A stretch of DNA of 62,737 nucleotides, counting the filler, from Polymyxa betae A26-41 (lineage: Eukaryota; Protista; Endomyxa: Phytomyxea), in assembly GCA_003693705.1 (NCBI GenBank). It is 7 parts of 7 records of this genome, joined end to end, with 100 filler letters (N's around TTAATTAATTAA, not from the genome) between each part and the next. Parts side by side here need not be neighbours in the genome. Positions count along the whole stretch, not along the records: positions 34,758 to 47,110 come from RBZT01000732.1; 6 more parts are not named here. One strand, given 5' to 3'. A program made the translations under genes and the position numbers. The notes under the pieces were generated by a model. The model saw only the letters and a program-made list of their open reading frames with translations, was not told the DNA's origin and ran no database searches. How positions within the stretch are numbered: position 1 is the stretch's first letter; each line of letters begins with the position of its first letter. This document shows, piece by piece, positions 34,991 through 47,210 of this stretch.

Positions 34991-35062
34991 GCTGCCGTGA
35001 CGCAATGGTCAGCGTGTTAGTCTTCGGAACTGGAGGTCCGGGTTCGAGTCCCGGCGGCGGTA
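34991..35062 (+). tRNA. tRNA-Arg (anticodon TCG)
   Basis: Cloverleaf: acceptor GCTGCCG/CGGCGGT, D arm ACGC/GCGT, anticodon arm TTAGT-CTTCGGA-ACTGG, T arm CCGGG-TTCGAGT-CCCGG. A T5 Pol III terminator follows. Several G.U pairs. Confidence 0.85.
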
Positions 35063-36580
35063 TTAGTTTTTGCATGAATATTCAACATCCCTTTTGGAGC
35101 TTCTGACTTCTACAACGGATTTCATGAATCAGCTAAGCTAACTCATAAAAAATTGTAATCGATTCAACATTCTGTTATCATCAACGGAGCTCAAGTCGAA
35201 ACAAACATTAAAAATTTGATGAGCTCAATCATGACATGTATCGTTCATAACCGTAAAAACAACTACAACGCTCCATTTCATTGCATTTCCCACAAGAATT
35301 GCAATAAAGTTGGCATAGGCCATATATATTCCCAGCCAAGACAGACTCGTGAATGCTTGAGTTTCATCTAGAAAGAGGCTGTTCCTGTGTCTTGCTACCG
35401 CTAAAAAAACTTTCTGTGATCGGAATTAGTAACACGATCGAAGCGTTTAAGCAACAGTCCTGATACTTGGCCCAGATCTGCCGATGCATCCAGAGCGCCA
35501 TCGCTAACAAGCCAGCAGAGCTTCCGATAATAAGCGTCTCTTTACCGTACCATTCCAAAACATCCCGATTGAGCCACGTCCTTCGTACGCCTTCGCGCTG
35601 ATCCATTTGGACGGGTGAGAACGAGATCGACGTCAACCTTCAAGAATGCTTCTGGCTTCAAATGAATGAATCAGAATGGCGCATAAGCAGGCAGGTCTGT
35701 TCCAGTTTCCTTCATTCATGATGTGATATCGCATATCTAAGCGAATGGCTCAAATTTTGCCAATCATCTGCTGGTACTTTAACAAGAGCTTCGCTCTGCT
35801 ACATCATCCGGAACTGGAGCCCTAATTAAAGAATTGAACTATAAAGAGGCAGTGATAATTGAAGCAACGCAAAGCCAAAAAGCGCTCTGAATAATTGAAA
35901 GGATTCTATGGCAATAAATGGAGGACGAGCAAGCCGAGCGATGCAGCAATGACTCTCAGGGAAACGTCTTGTTTACATAGCCTTAGCAGCTTTAACACTG
36001 AATAACCGAATCAAGCTTCCTAAAGATACTTGCGATCAGATCGCTTCATCTGTCGATCTTGGACGATCTGTATTCGCAATGAGCACTAGCCTGTGTGTTA
36101 ACTGGTACTGACCTGTTGGGCTTTGAATGAATAATAGAGACCAATTGGGACAAGGACGCCGAATACAAGACCAAGCGCTGCATTACGGGGAGTGACACTA
36201 AAAGCAGCAATAAGATTATATCGCGAACGAAACCTCGAACCTAAAATCGGAGGCGAAATCCTTCCGATTATAGGGGGAAATGAGGCATGCGCTAAACAAT
36301 AAATGCTTCAAAGCGAATCAAGTGAAGGCCAAAGCAAAATCATCCAAACCTTAAATAACGGATTACAAACAAACGTATCATCGAGAAGTCAACTTCAAAT
36401 GTGAGTCTGGAAAAGTATAGATAACAGGACACATCGAGCGATTCAGACATCCATACCGGAATCGATCTTGAAGGGTCTCACGCGCCAAATTGGCTTCCTC
36501 GATGAATCGGTTCACGCGCATCGTGCTCGGGTCGTGATTATCGCCTGCCATCGAAACGGTGATCAACCAGGTTGTCGAAA

Positions 36581-36860
36581 GCGCTTTCACAAAGTCGGCT
36601 TCAAAGAGGTTTAAAAAGAGTTCGATTTGAAGTTCGAGCGCGCACTTTTTTATATAATCCCGCGACAATGCTTTCTGCTGCGCTTTCACAAAGTCGGCTA
36701 TAAAGAGGGTCAAAAGAGTTCGATTTGAAGTTCGAGCGCGCACTTTTTTTATAATCCCGCCACAATGCTTTCTGCTGCGCTTTTCACAAAGTCGACTTCA
36801 AAGAGGCTTTCAAAAGTCAAAACTGCCTTTATGCGCGCTCGCGCACTTTTTTCAGATCCC
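36581..36860 (-). repeat. About three tandem ~99-bp units encoding a 33-aa repeat in a broken ORF
   Basis: Unit KALSRDYIKKCALELQIELFLNLFEADFVKAQQ. Outer copies are frameshifted. Confidence 0.8.
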
Positions 36861-37513
36861 GATTGAAGGCCATCAGCTTCTGTATCTCACGGTGTATCTG
36901 AATCATCAAATTTTTCGCAGATGGAGGCATTCTCAGTCCTCCGACCAGACTGCTGGTTATGTATTCTGGATTTCTGAAGCTGCGTAATGGCCTCGATTTC
37001 ACATTGAAAATAGAAAAACTGAGAACAGCGTCATGCAATATTTATCCTACAGAGACATTTCATTATTCAAGATTTGTAATTAAAGTATTTAGCAATTAAC
37101 TACTGCTGCCCCATGCAGCGGAAAACCGACACGACAGTATTCAATTATCACAATAAGATTTTGATGGCAGCTAGTGCGGAATATCCATAGATAACCGATA
37201 CTGTAAACAATTCTTCACAGAAAGCCATAAACATGAATCAGAATTAGAAGCGAAACTCTTTATCTCAAAATTTATTGCGGTAGAGTCTTTGATGAGCATT
37301 TCTGAGGTATTTTGTACCGATGAGCGCCTGAGCGTAGAGAGCGTTGAAACAGCAATCGTTTACGTTGGAAGTATCCGCTTCACAGCTGCACACACGAAAT
37401 TTGGCTATTTAGAATCGGACGCAACCACCCAAGATCAGAACAGAAAGCGCCGCATACTCAACGGGGCCAACGCCAGATCGGGTTCGCAGGACAGCTCGTA
37501 GTGAACTTGGATG

Positions 37514-38356
37514 CTAATTGGTCGTTATGCAGTGTAGAGAGGACACCGAGCGGCGTTTGCATCGATGTTCGACCTGGACGACCAGCAGCGGTAACGTCAG
37601 ACGGGCGTTACACAGCAAGTGACGTAACGTGGCGACCGAAGGCTTGGCATCGGGCGGCAGCGGAATGGCGTCGACCAGAACCGCGAAGGTCAGCGCCGCT
37701 TGCAGCGATTGCAGGACGAAAATCGCGAAGACGATGGTGAAGAATCGCGATTTGGCACGCCCGGCCTCGGTCACGGCTGTCGTCGAGCGGCAGAGCGCTA
37801 TGTCCAGGTACCGATAGAACCGCGCCACGACCACCGAATCCAAGACGACCGGTACGGCATGGGCGACGATTGCGAACGCGAATCGATCCGTGAAGCGGAA
37901 CGTGCAGGTGCCGGTTTGCGGGTAGATGAACGGGACGACGGAGACCCCGTGCCAGGCCGGCAGCGTCACGGCCAACGCCGCAGACGCATAGCGAAGGCCG
38001 CGATCCACAGCGTGGTCGATGGGATCGCCCAGGGCGTTCATCTGCGACAGACGCAGGGAGAAGATCGTCATCATGATGCCCTGGGCGAACCAGAACTCGG
38101 CACCGCCCAGCAACAGCATCGTGTGGCATTCGGGCGGCGTCAGGGCGCCATTTGCGATCTGCTGCAGCGTGTTGATGATGGTCAGGCTGACGCAAATCAT
38201 GGTCAGCTGATGGATGCGATTCCAAGGGGACGCCGTTCGCCAATGGCCGCGTACGAACCAGGCGTATAGAATTAGCATGACGAGGCTGGCTCCGGCCTGG
38301 ATCAGATAGGAAGCTGTATATGGGCCGAATATAATTGGGTCGATTAGATTCGCCAT
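37514..38356 (-). CDS. Seven-transmembrane GPCR-like protein
   Basis: About 7 hydrophobic helices, with Cys at the top of TM3 (PPECH) and Cys in ECL2 (TGTCTF), the typical GPCR disulfide pair. The 3' end may be spliced. Confidence 0.65.
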   Translation of the reverse strand: MANLIDPIIFGPYTASYLIQAGASLVMLILYAWFVRGHWRTASPWNRIHQLTMICVSLTIINTLQQIANGALTPPECHTMLLLGGAEFWFAQGIMMTIFSLRLSQMNALGDPIDHAVDRGLRYASAALAVTLPAWHGVSVVPFIYPQTGTCTFRFTDRFAFAIVAHAVPVVLDSVVVARFYRYLDIALCRSTTAVTEAGRAKSRFFTIVFAIFVLQSLQAALTFAVLVDAIPLPPDAKPSVATLRHLLCNARLTLPLLVVQVEHRCKRRSVSSLHCITTN

Positions 38357-38436
38357 GCGGGACGTTTTAATTCTCAAACGTTGGCGCGTGCCGAACTGCG
38401 CCGAATGCCGTTATTGAGGGTGGCGAAGTGGCTGAC

Positions 38437-41410
38437 TTAATCGTCGTCGACGAAATAGAACAAATTGATGAGGTCGTACCACAAGTGCATGATGGTCAAG
38501 TTCCACAGCGGCCGCAGATCTCTGAAGTAGCGAAGCGCAGCCTCTGTTTGGGGGTTTTCATCACTGCCGTTTGGCTGAACTGCGAGCTGCTGAAGGTTCC
38601 CTTTCGGCGAATTCTTCGCAATAGGACGGATCTGGCGTCCATCCAGATATAGAGCTGATGCCCTGCGCGAAATTAGTATCCAAATTTTTGCATCTGCACG
38701 ACATGCAGATACTCGATTTGTGTTTCGAAATTTTTTTGAATACTGCATTGATAATGTATTGATTCTAATATGAAGTGATGCGAAAGCTTAGGAGGCGGAG
38801 AGGCGGCGTCACTCAGTATGATCGATGTTCAGGCGAAGGCCCAATGGTTGCAGCTCATTAGGTGGCAAGGAAGACTTGGGCAATGTTGCAAACCCGGATG
38901 TAAAAACCAAACATTACAATTTCAAAGGGTTTGCTTGAGATACGCGATAAAGTTGGGGAGCACAACACATTGCATTCAATCATTGACATTCAAAGCGAAA
39001 ACCACCAAGAATACGATCAGGTGTGAAATTAACGAGCTGCTCTCAGATAGCAGATGCCGAGATGAGGAAGTCTCAAGTTTCCAAAAGGATTTCTTGTAAA
39101 TCACATTGCAGCCCGTCGTAACTTTCTAAAACTTCGGCCAACGCTGCACAGAAAGTCTGATAGAGTTGAAGCCGAAGGCGGCGCGACTCGGTGGTCCTTA
39201 GAACAGCCCGACATTCTCTTGCCGACAAACAGTCGGCAATCGCGAGCACAGCGCTGCCATCGAATGGATCGCCTTGTGATATAACAGCTTTATCTGGCAT
39301 CCATAAGCGATTGCGCTTGACAGCATCACGCAAAGCAGGGCGAAATGGACCGGATGCATTTACGATTCGTTGAACAGATAGCAGGTCAAGCACCAAGAGT
39401 TCGCAGCCCGGGCAGCAAACAATTTCGCAAACCGATTTCAAATTAGTGATGAGGGAGCCCCCAAATGTGAATCCAGGCCCGTTACGCTCTATCACTCCAG
39501 ATTCCCAGTTATAGCATAAAACCTGCATAGCCATTCAAATGGAATACTTGCAAACGAAAATAGGAAAATACCTCGCCGCATGATACAATATAATATCGGT
39601 TGTCAATGGCAGCAGTCTTGTACAAGGCGAAGTGAGAGGAAGGAACAACGGTCTCCACAGTTCGTAGAAGATCATAAAACAAGACACTGTCGTCGGGCAT
39701 CGTCAAGCGAGCAAGCTGTTCTGCAATCACAGCCCGGTATGACGGCGGCAGCTCATCATATTCGAGTCGCGAATATTCCCGTTCGGCATTACGAACCTGG
39801 AATAAGAACCAATCTTGGATTGATTGCTCCAGTTTTGGCCCACACTCTCCTACATACAGACAAACATATGAGCATCCGAGAAAAATGAATACATAATGAA
39901 GGAAATATCGTTAATGAAATAGAATGATCAAGATGCAAACATCATAAGTGATGAAATAGAATGATAAATATGCAAACATCATAAGTGATGAAATAGAATG
40001 ATGATGATGAAACCATCATTGAGTAAAGAGTAAACGGAGCCTCAAATGCTCTCTAAATTCGAATTATGTCTATACATGCAAAATTTCAACTGACGTGCGT
40101 TTAAATATTGCCGAATGGCCCAGGTACGGCCCGACACCGGATTGTCCCGAAGACGTTCCTCTAGGTTGCTCCGGGCAATGGCGACAGTCCATAAAAGGAA
40201 AGAGACGACACCAAGAGCCATCAAGAGTATGACGTAGAAACGGGTGTCAACGGTTCTCATTGATATGTCGCCGTACCCGATCGGAAAGAAAGTCGACGAC
40301 GTGAAATATAAGACACTTAGATATTGCCTGCAAGGGACTGTTAAGTTAGAAATCTGTTGAAAAAATCATGAAAAAAATGTAGGAGAATATAAGCTATCAC
40401 AATCCTAAACGACAATTTGCAAATGATGAAATATTCTCAAACCCAAATTTTTCTCAGGAGCAGCATAACAAAAATCTGTAAACTGAGCAGCATAGAATCC
40501 ACAATGACGAACATTGGGGCTTACTCAAAAAACGAATCTCCAATAACCTCGTTCTCTAGGAAAATTCCATGCATAAACATGAGAGGAATTCCGAACCAGT
40601 GAAGCACTAGAAGCAGCGAAATGGCTTCGTGATTGTTAATACACAGAGATTTCTAGAAGCAACCATCTTTGCTTTCAAAAATCTAAATTTAGCCCTTTTG
40701 AGTTGCTAACTGAGCGATAGCACCTAAAACAGTAGAAAATGAAAATAGACTTGTCCTTACTTTGTTCTGTCGGTCGAAGTTTGCTACTGTCTATATGGAA
40801 TAGACTCCATAGGCGTTCAATCACTTGAAACAGGTAGACAATGCGAAATAAGCCCAAAGCATGTACGGCCATGCTGATATCGAGGCCGTCATTAATCGTC
40901 TCGGTGTTTGAAGCGAGAGCCCATGCTAAAGTATGATATGGTACGGCAGCAATGATATCCAGCCAGAGCTGTGGTCCGACCCGGAAGGCTATCACCTCGG
41001 ACAGGGTCTCGGTTCGTGCTCCAAATCGAGTATACGCTCGCGTATTGCAATCGACAGGGATCTTCAGTAAGAAGATCAAGTCGGTCCAAGCAGACGAGAG
41101 GTACAAAGACGCAACCTGCCCGGCAACGCTGGCAGGCGTCACAAATCCCTCCCAAAGGACGGCCATAAGCCGGGCAATGTCGAAAGCCTTACGTCCCGGG
41201 TGCATCGGCTCGAACAAAGGCAGCACCAGCATCTTGGCCATTTCAGTGATTGCCTGAAAGAGCGCCCCTCTCAGCTAGCAGAGACAGGGATGAGGTCGCG
41301 CCTTCTCGTTAGTAACGAGAAATCGAAGATGAATAAACCTCCGGAGAATTTGATCCTAATAACCGTTTCGGAGGAACAAAGTAGAGGAAGCAGGCTACTC
41401 ATGTTCATGG
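38437..41410 (-). CDS. Cyclic-nucleotide-regulated (KCNH/AKT/CNG-like) cation channel, multi-exon
   Basis: S1-S4 exon (FDIARL..TDLIFL..WLDIIAAVPY), pore YLSVLYFTSSTFFPIGYGDI, S6 RFYVILLMALGV, C-linker, and a CNBD-like VISQGDPFD segment. Exact termini uncertain. Confidence 0.75.
39912..40022. repeat. Three tandem ~37-bp units in a channel intron
   Basis: atgaaatagaatgat...atgcaaacatcataagtg is repeated. Confidence 0.8.
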
Positions 41411-42076
41411 TAACAGCTATATGTTTGGGATTTCAAGCAACCTCTTGAAAGGCTTTAAAGACGATCTCGCGCAGCAAAAGATTTGAAATCTGTCGAATGA
41501 GGTTAGGTTGTCACACACTTCAATAGGTGAAATTCATCGCTTGCTAGATTATCAATCCACTGATTCTACGAGCAGCATCGACTGCATTTCATAGTAGTTT
41601 TGCATAGAATAACAATCTAACCAAGCCATACTTAGGCATTTATCGAACTTGAACGTAGATATCAAAGTTATAGTATAATATATCTGGCTAATGTAGTTCA
41701 CAGCCTTGCACACGAAGAAAATTCTCTAAGTTGAAGCGCATTTCTCTTTGTTGCCTTCGGGAAGTTCACAATGATTTTGAGGGGTGATTTCGCCCCGATG
41801 GTTTGATATCTGTCTTGAATCTTTGATGGCGGCAGGCCTTGACTCCTCAGGAATATTAATGCGAGGGGAACGAGGTTTATCGCGACTGAGTTCGCCTTGC
41901 AACCCTAATAACGTGAGCGGGAAGGGTGTTGTGAATAGTCATAAACCAAAACGGAGTTTCTAATTTTAAACTTGAATCAAGCTTACCCCATTGAAAAACA
42001 AAGCGAACATCAGCTAAAAAACCTGGCAAACAAGACAGCTTCGACCTTGAACAGAAAATCAAAATTAACACTGATA

Positions 42077-42982
42077 TTAGGAAACGAACAGAACAACAAG
42101 ACATCCAAACATCAGGGCGTAAACGCAGAAATGCGGCTTACTAGGAATAGACACAGAATAACGATAATAGGATTCTTGAGGCATCATAGATGGATAAGAG
42201 GAAGGTGGTGACCAGGGCTGCGGTGGATACCAACAGAATCCGTCGTTTTGGGCAACGTATAGCATTCCGAGCGAGTCCACGTACATGGCAGGATAGTAAG
42301 GATACGAAGCCGGCGAAAGAGCCGGTGCTGGAGCCGGCCGCGATTGAGATATTGAAGAAGCCCTCCTATAGGCAGACTGGCAATTCAAAGTTTTACCCAT
42401 GAAGACCAAAGGCGGGTCGGTTTCCTTTGCATCACGGGCAAGATCAGGGCTGGCAAAAGTTACGAATCCATACCTATCAAAACATTAAAGAACATCCTTC
42501 GCAGGGAATTGAACCCTCCGCATCATAATAGCGAAAATTACGAGGAAATGGCAAATTGCTATCAGGAAACTACAAAGAGTGAATAAAACGAAGACGCGAA
42601 AAAAGCAATTGCCAGAATCGCTTGGAGAAAGATGACAAAACAGCATAAGACTACTTTTTAACAACTAAATGCAGATAACGACCACTCAGAAGGCAAGCAC
42701 AAAATGCAGTCTGAGACAAAACCATAACTTACCCTTTCGAGCGATTAGTTTCACGATCGAATATAATTCGGCAATGTATTGCAGGCCCGATCTCATCGTT
42801 GAAAAATTCAAGCAGGTCGGCTTCCGAAGCCTGTGTCGTCTACTAAATGGCATGCTGACGTCATCGTCTCTCACTTGTACCTTCCAGTTGATGCCGCCGA
42901 CAAAAACGACCGACTTGTCGTCGGCATATCGGCGCCCATAACCAGGCCCTGGGCGGCCGTCGCCGTCGTTTTCGTCGGTCAT
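42077..42982 (-). CDS. Single-RRM RNA-binding protein with a Pro/Tyr-rich tail (DAZ/BOULE-like architecture)
   Basis: RNP2 VFVGGI, RNP1 YGFVTF, FMGKTLNCQSAYRR, then a PYYPAMY-rich tail. Several introns; 3' end uncertain. Confidence 0.7.
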
Positions 42983-43741
42983 CGGCGAAAGCAAAGCTGT
43001 GGACAGCGCCAAAGGAGTCACAGAGATAGACCAGATGGCGGGATGAGATGAGAGATTCTCGATATGACGGAGGCGACCCCGTTGGGCGTGCACGCCACGG
43101 ACAGGCCACCGATCTGTCGGAGGCCGCGCTTCCCACTTCCTGACTGTACGTCTTGCTTCTCGATTTTCGTTCGTTTTCGATTGCTGTGTGCCGAATGATT
43201 GAGCTGCCTAAACGTAACAATTGTGTGTTCGAGAACGAAAATGGTATCCGGAAGCCATGGTTGCTGAAACAGCCAGGCTGTGCCTACTATTATGTTAATG
43301 AAGGGTAGAATAGCGTCGCTGTATTTGACAAAGGAAGATGTTTTAACAAATCGCATTGATTGATAACGGCAGGGGTCCGATTGAAATCCGATGTCCGCTG
43401 GATAGAAGGGACTGATAATCACCATGACTAGATTTCATTGACAGGTTCCAAATAAACTTTGAGACTACTAGAGCCTTTTGAATGTGTTGTAATTGTAGCT
43501 AATCGGTTCTATAAACAACAGAATGCAGTATGACAGCTCATAGTGCTATCAGTGCATCTGGAGCCTTATCTGGGTGTTTAGATGGAAATCAGGGTGCGCC
43601 TGCTTCGAATTTGAACAATTCTTCAAGAGAGCGTGTGAAATGAAGCGGCTGATGGGGTCATGGGGACTGCGGTTTCAGCAGGTCACGACATTCGTATTAT
43701 GACCTTCCTGCATGCAAAGCTCAATGGACCAATGGCCGTTA

Positions 43742-44480
43742 TTAAATCCAGTCATTGACCAGGCGATAATCGTCGATTTTCAACACTAAGTGGATCATAG
43801 CCACAACGAACGTAAAGGCTCCAAGGCAGAACAGCAATAGGCCGAGCCAGTACGAAAAAATGCCCAGCACTAGGGATCCCATTATCATCACCACCCAGGC
43901 GGCCAGGGCGATCCATGTGATTTCACCGCTATCGAGATTGTCGATGTAGGAAGTCCTCTCTGGCGTGATGTCGACGTCACCGGTTTGTCCAGATCGCAAT
44001 AACCATGGACCCTCCAGATCGCCATCAAACAGATGAATGAGACAAGATCCGACCTCCGACTTACTGGAGAAATGATTTCTTCGTAGCGTCGTGCCATTCT
44101 CAATAGATCCAAGTCTAACCTCTGTTCAAGGTTTTCGATCTTCGGGCCCAATCTATAATTGAAAATGTGACATCAGCGATTTGTAAGAAGTGATCTTCAT
44201 CTCGAATTCTCCATTGTGGTAAGGAATGAGAACTTGTGTTTAAATTTGGCACTTTGTTCAACTCGAATAGGCGAATGGGATGTAAAGCAACTAGATGGGC
44301 TGTAAGTCGGAATTTGATCCTGATCTGAACGACTGATGCTATGAATCGAGTTTCTAATTTTCTTGATTCGAAAAGAGTATGCTGGGAGTCTCTGATAATT
44401 TCGGCAATATTCCATTTGATCACTCAAGATAGCAGCAGAAATTCGAGCGAACATTTTTTGTGAAAACCTGGATCTATGAA
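43742..44480 (-). CDS. Hypothetical protein with two C-terminal TM helices
   Basis: ITWIALAAWVVMIMGSLVLGIFSYWLGLLLFCLGAFTFVVAMIHLV. Upstream exons unclear. Confidence 0.4.
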
Positions 44481-46970
44481 ATCGTTTATGAAGTCATCAG
44501 TCGCCTTGGGTTTGCTGATATCCTGGATGCCAACATAAGTCTGCTCTACAAAAGCTGAAAAACCATTGGCGAGAAAAATCTAATTAGCTCAATTTCAAAC
44601 AAGCATTTAAAAGACAGGACTATTCCCCATTTTTTATGCTGGGAAGGCTCCCCACTTGGGCATCGCGAAATGATGTAAATTAATGCCAAAATATTTTACA
44701 TAAAATTTTGTAGAAGGCGTCATCAATTTCATCTATGGATATTGATACCTGATAAGCGATCATTGAAAGGTTGCAGCTGCCACAATAGGGACAGACTGAA
44801 GATTAGGGAAGGGCTCTCTCTGTGTCAGCTGCAGCCACCTAATGACAGCAAGGGTCGTATAGTGATAGTGGTTGCGCGATGTCGTCGGCCGAAGGCAAGA
44901 TTTCGTCTGAAGGCGGCGGTGAGCGTCGAGGTGGGAGCGGCTTCTGGAATGCAGACCGCTTGGCGACGCTGGACACGTATTTCATCCGGCCGTTCATTCA
45001 GGTGAGAATTGGACCTACCGCTGCCTCCAGCATCGTTCTCATTGGGTCAGGGTCTATCTTGGGGCGTCGCTACCAATGTCGCTGGTCTGTTGATATCGAC
45101 GTTGTACTTCAAGTCGGTTGGCATCTCGGTCTGTGCCAGTTGTGGCCAGCGTGAAGCCTCCAAGTCCACAGAAGATCCGAAGATGCTGCCAAGATGAGAT
45201 CGTTTGTAAATTCTTTGCCAAGAAATATCAGTATTAAATTGATTCATCTGTCTCCTCCTTAGTCTTTGGCACATTATTCGCTTACCAGTCAGTTTCTATT
45301 CAATCTAAGCTCTCCACTCGGTTTGTATCTGGACAATCAGAATGGAGTATTAATCGTTTGGAAATTGTTCTGTGAGAGATTATATCGTTATTGTAGATAT
45401 CCTATAATATTCTCTGCTTTTCTCAGTTGTTTCGTTGTCAGTTATTTATCTTTCTGGCTTGTTAGCACCGATTGTATCAGGCAAGCTTCCCGACTGGGTC
45501 TTGCCCATGCTCTTTGAATTTCTGACCCAAAATATAGAGCATGGACTAGAAATAATTAATGCCAAAGAAGACAATCGATCTGTTTGCATAACCTGGATCG
45601 AAGAGTATTGTTGTGAGAGTATCAGATTTAGAAATTCTCCCATCGTTCGGTAGGACATTTGACCCATTTTAACCAGGCACTATTTATTGATATGTTTGGC
45701 AGATATTTATCCCAGCTTGGAATCCATAGCAGGCTAACATGACTTATATAAAGTAATGTGACTTCAGCATTTTCGCCACGAAAATTTGTTGAGTTGAGTT
45801 CAAAGCAAGGAGCAGAAAGCAGCAACCGTATGGTAGATTGGAATATGTTCATAATATCAATGATGACGAAATAACTTAATGTTCAGAAACTATGTTTTGT
45901 ACGCCGTCTTGGCGATTTTCCTTTCAATTTACATAGGTTAATTGTATTCATCCTATAAGTAGACCACTTAGAAATATGAAACTCTTAAACATCCTTTGCA
46001 TAGGCTGTGTTTCATATTTGCAGTATGTCATCACGTTTGTGATCTTTGGTCTGCCAAATCTATCCAAATCAATGGTCGAACAGTAGCTGGAGCCAGTTTC
46101 TTCATCAAGCGATTTCTTGTACTTGATCGGATTCTTATAAGGACACTTCGCTCGTGGGCAGATATCATCCTTTTCGTACTCACACAGTCGTGCCCACCCA
46201 TCGCTCACTGAGGGAGGAGAGGGCTGCTACGCGCTGGCTTTAAAGGGACCGTCAAAGATTTCCTCCTGAAAGATGCCTCGATATCCTGCTGATTTGTATG
46301 GCGGCAGTTAAAGATCGAAACCTGAAAGCGCGCTCTTCTTGACGATCGCAGGCTGGTGGATGCTGTCAGCCAATGCGGTTCAAATTATGGTGGCTGATCA
46401 AAACTGCTCCTTGGCTACCAAGCGTTTTTGAATTTCGACTTAGCACAGCACGTTCATTGCGACAATCCAGCTATTTCCAAAGTCTCCATAGTATTAATAA
46501 ACAGCAGTCTAGAGGGTAAAAACAGCTAGATTTTCCATTATAGAATTATCATACGCGTTTGATTCCGCTGACCTCGAAAGGCTACAATCTGATCTCAGAC
46601 ATCTATTTCAGAAATTCGTCAGCATTTGGGGAATATGAGCCTGATACCCCCACAATTTGTTCTTCGAGCGTTTTCGTGCCAGATTCCTTCCCGTGTGCAG
46701 GCAGATAGGCTATCTTGTACTGAATGGTATGAAGGCTGTGAACTGGTAGTCCTCGTAGTCAGTTTATGCTGCATTCAACTGTTGGGAAAGGCGCGCTCTT
46801 CTAAAGATTTCAAAGTTGCTGTTGGGAACTGTAATGCATGGCGTAACCCTGCAGTTAGTCTAAGAGGCACTGCTGAACAGAGCACTGGGCAACGGCCAAG
46901 TATGACTGTAAACCCAGTGGGTAACCGAAAAGTAACGAAGACTGACTGTATGAAATCTTCCAGTCGAGGC

Positions 46971-46978
46971 ATATAAAA
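46971..46978 (+). promoter_or_regulatory. Putative TATA box
   Basis: atataaaa ~60 nt upstream of the signal-peptide ATG at 47034. Confidence 0.4.
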
Positions 46979-47033
46979 CCCGGCTGATCGCCCTGATCGA
47001 TCTCATTCTTCTATTCGCTTCTCGAATTCAATC

Positions 47034-47110
47034 ATGTTTAAGATTGCGATCTGCGTTTTGGCTTCCTGCGTTGTGCTGACTCTGGCAGATCAATATGGCT
47101 CTTATGATAA
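47034..47110 (+). CDS. 5' end of a secreted protein, truncated by the gap
   Basis: MFKIAICVLASCVVLTLA/DQYGSYD is a classic signal peptide. Confidence 0.6.
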
Positions 47111-47210
47111 NNNNNNNNNNNNNNNNNNNNNNNNNNNNNNNNNNNNNNNNNNNNTTAATTAATTAANNNNNNNNNNNNNNNNNNNNNNNNNNNNNNNNNN
47201 NNNNNNNNNN
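47111..47210. other. Artificial contig spacer
   Basis: N-run with TTAATTAATTAA. Confidence 0.98.

Noticed and set aside
37608-38269. Long overlapping ORFs (211 aa minus, 189 aa plus)
   Set aside because: Shadow ORFs of the GC-rich 7TM gene.
39912-40022. 37-bp repeats as CRISPR
   Set aside because: Head-to-tail minisatellite without unique spacers, inside an intron.
42495-42550. tRNA-like T arm (gggttcaattccct, minus strand)
   Set aside because: No D or anticodon arm can be folded. At most an isolated B-box-like match in an intron.
44700-46450. Possible gene(s) on the minus strand
   Set aside because: Coding-like fragments with many stops and no recognisable family, so I cannot support a call.
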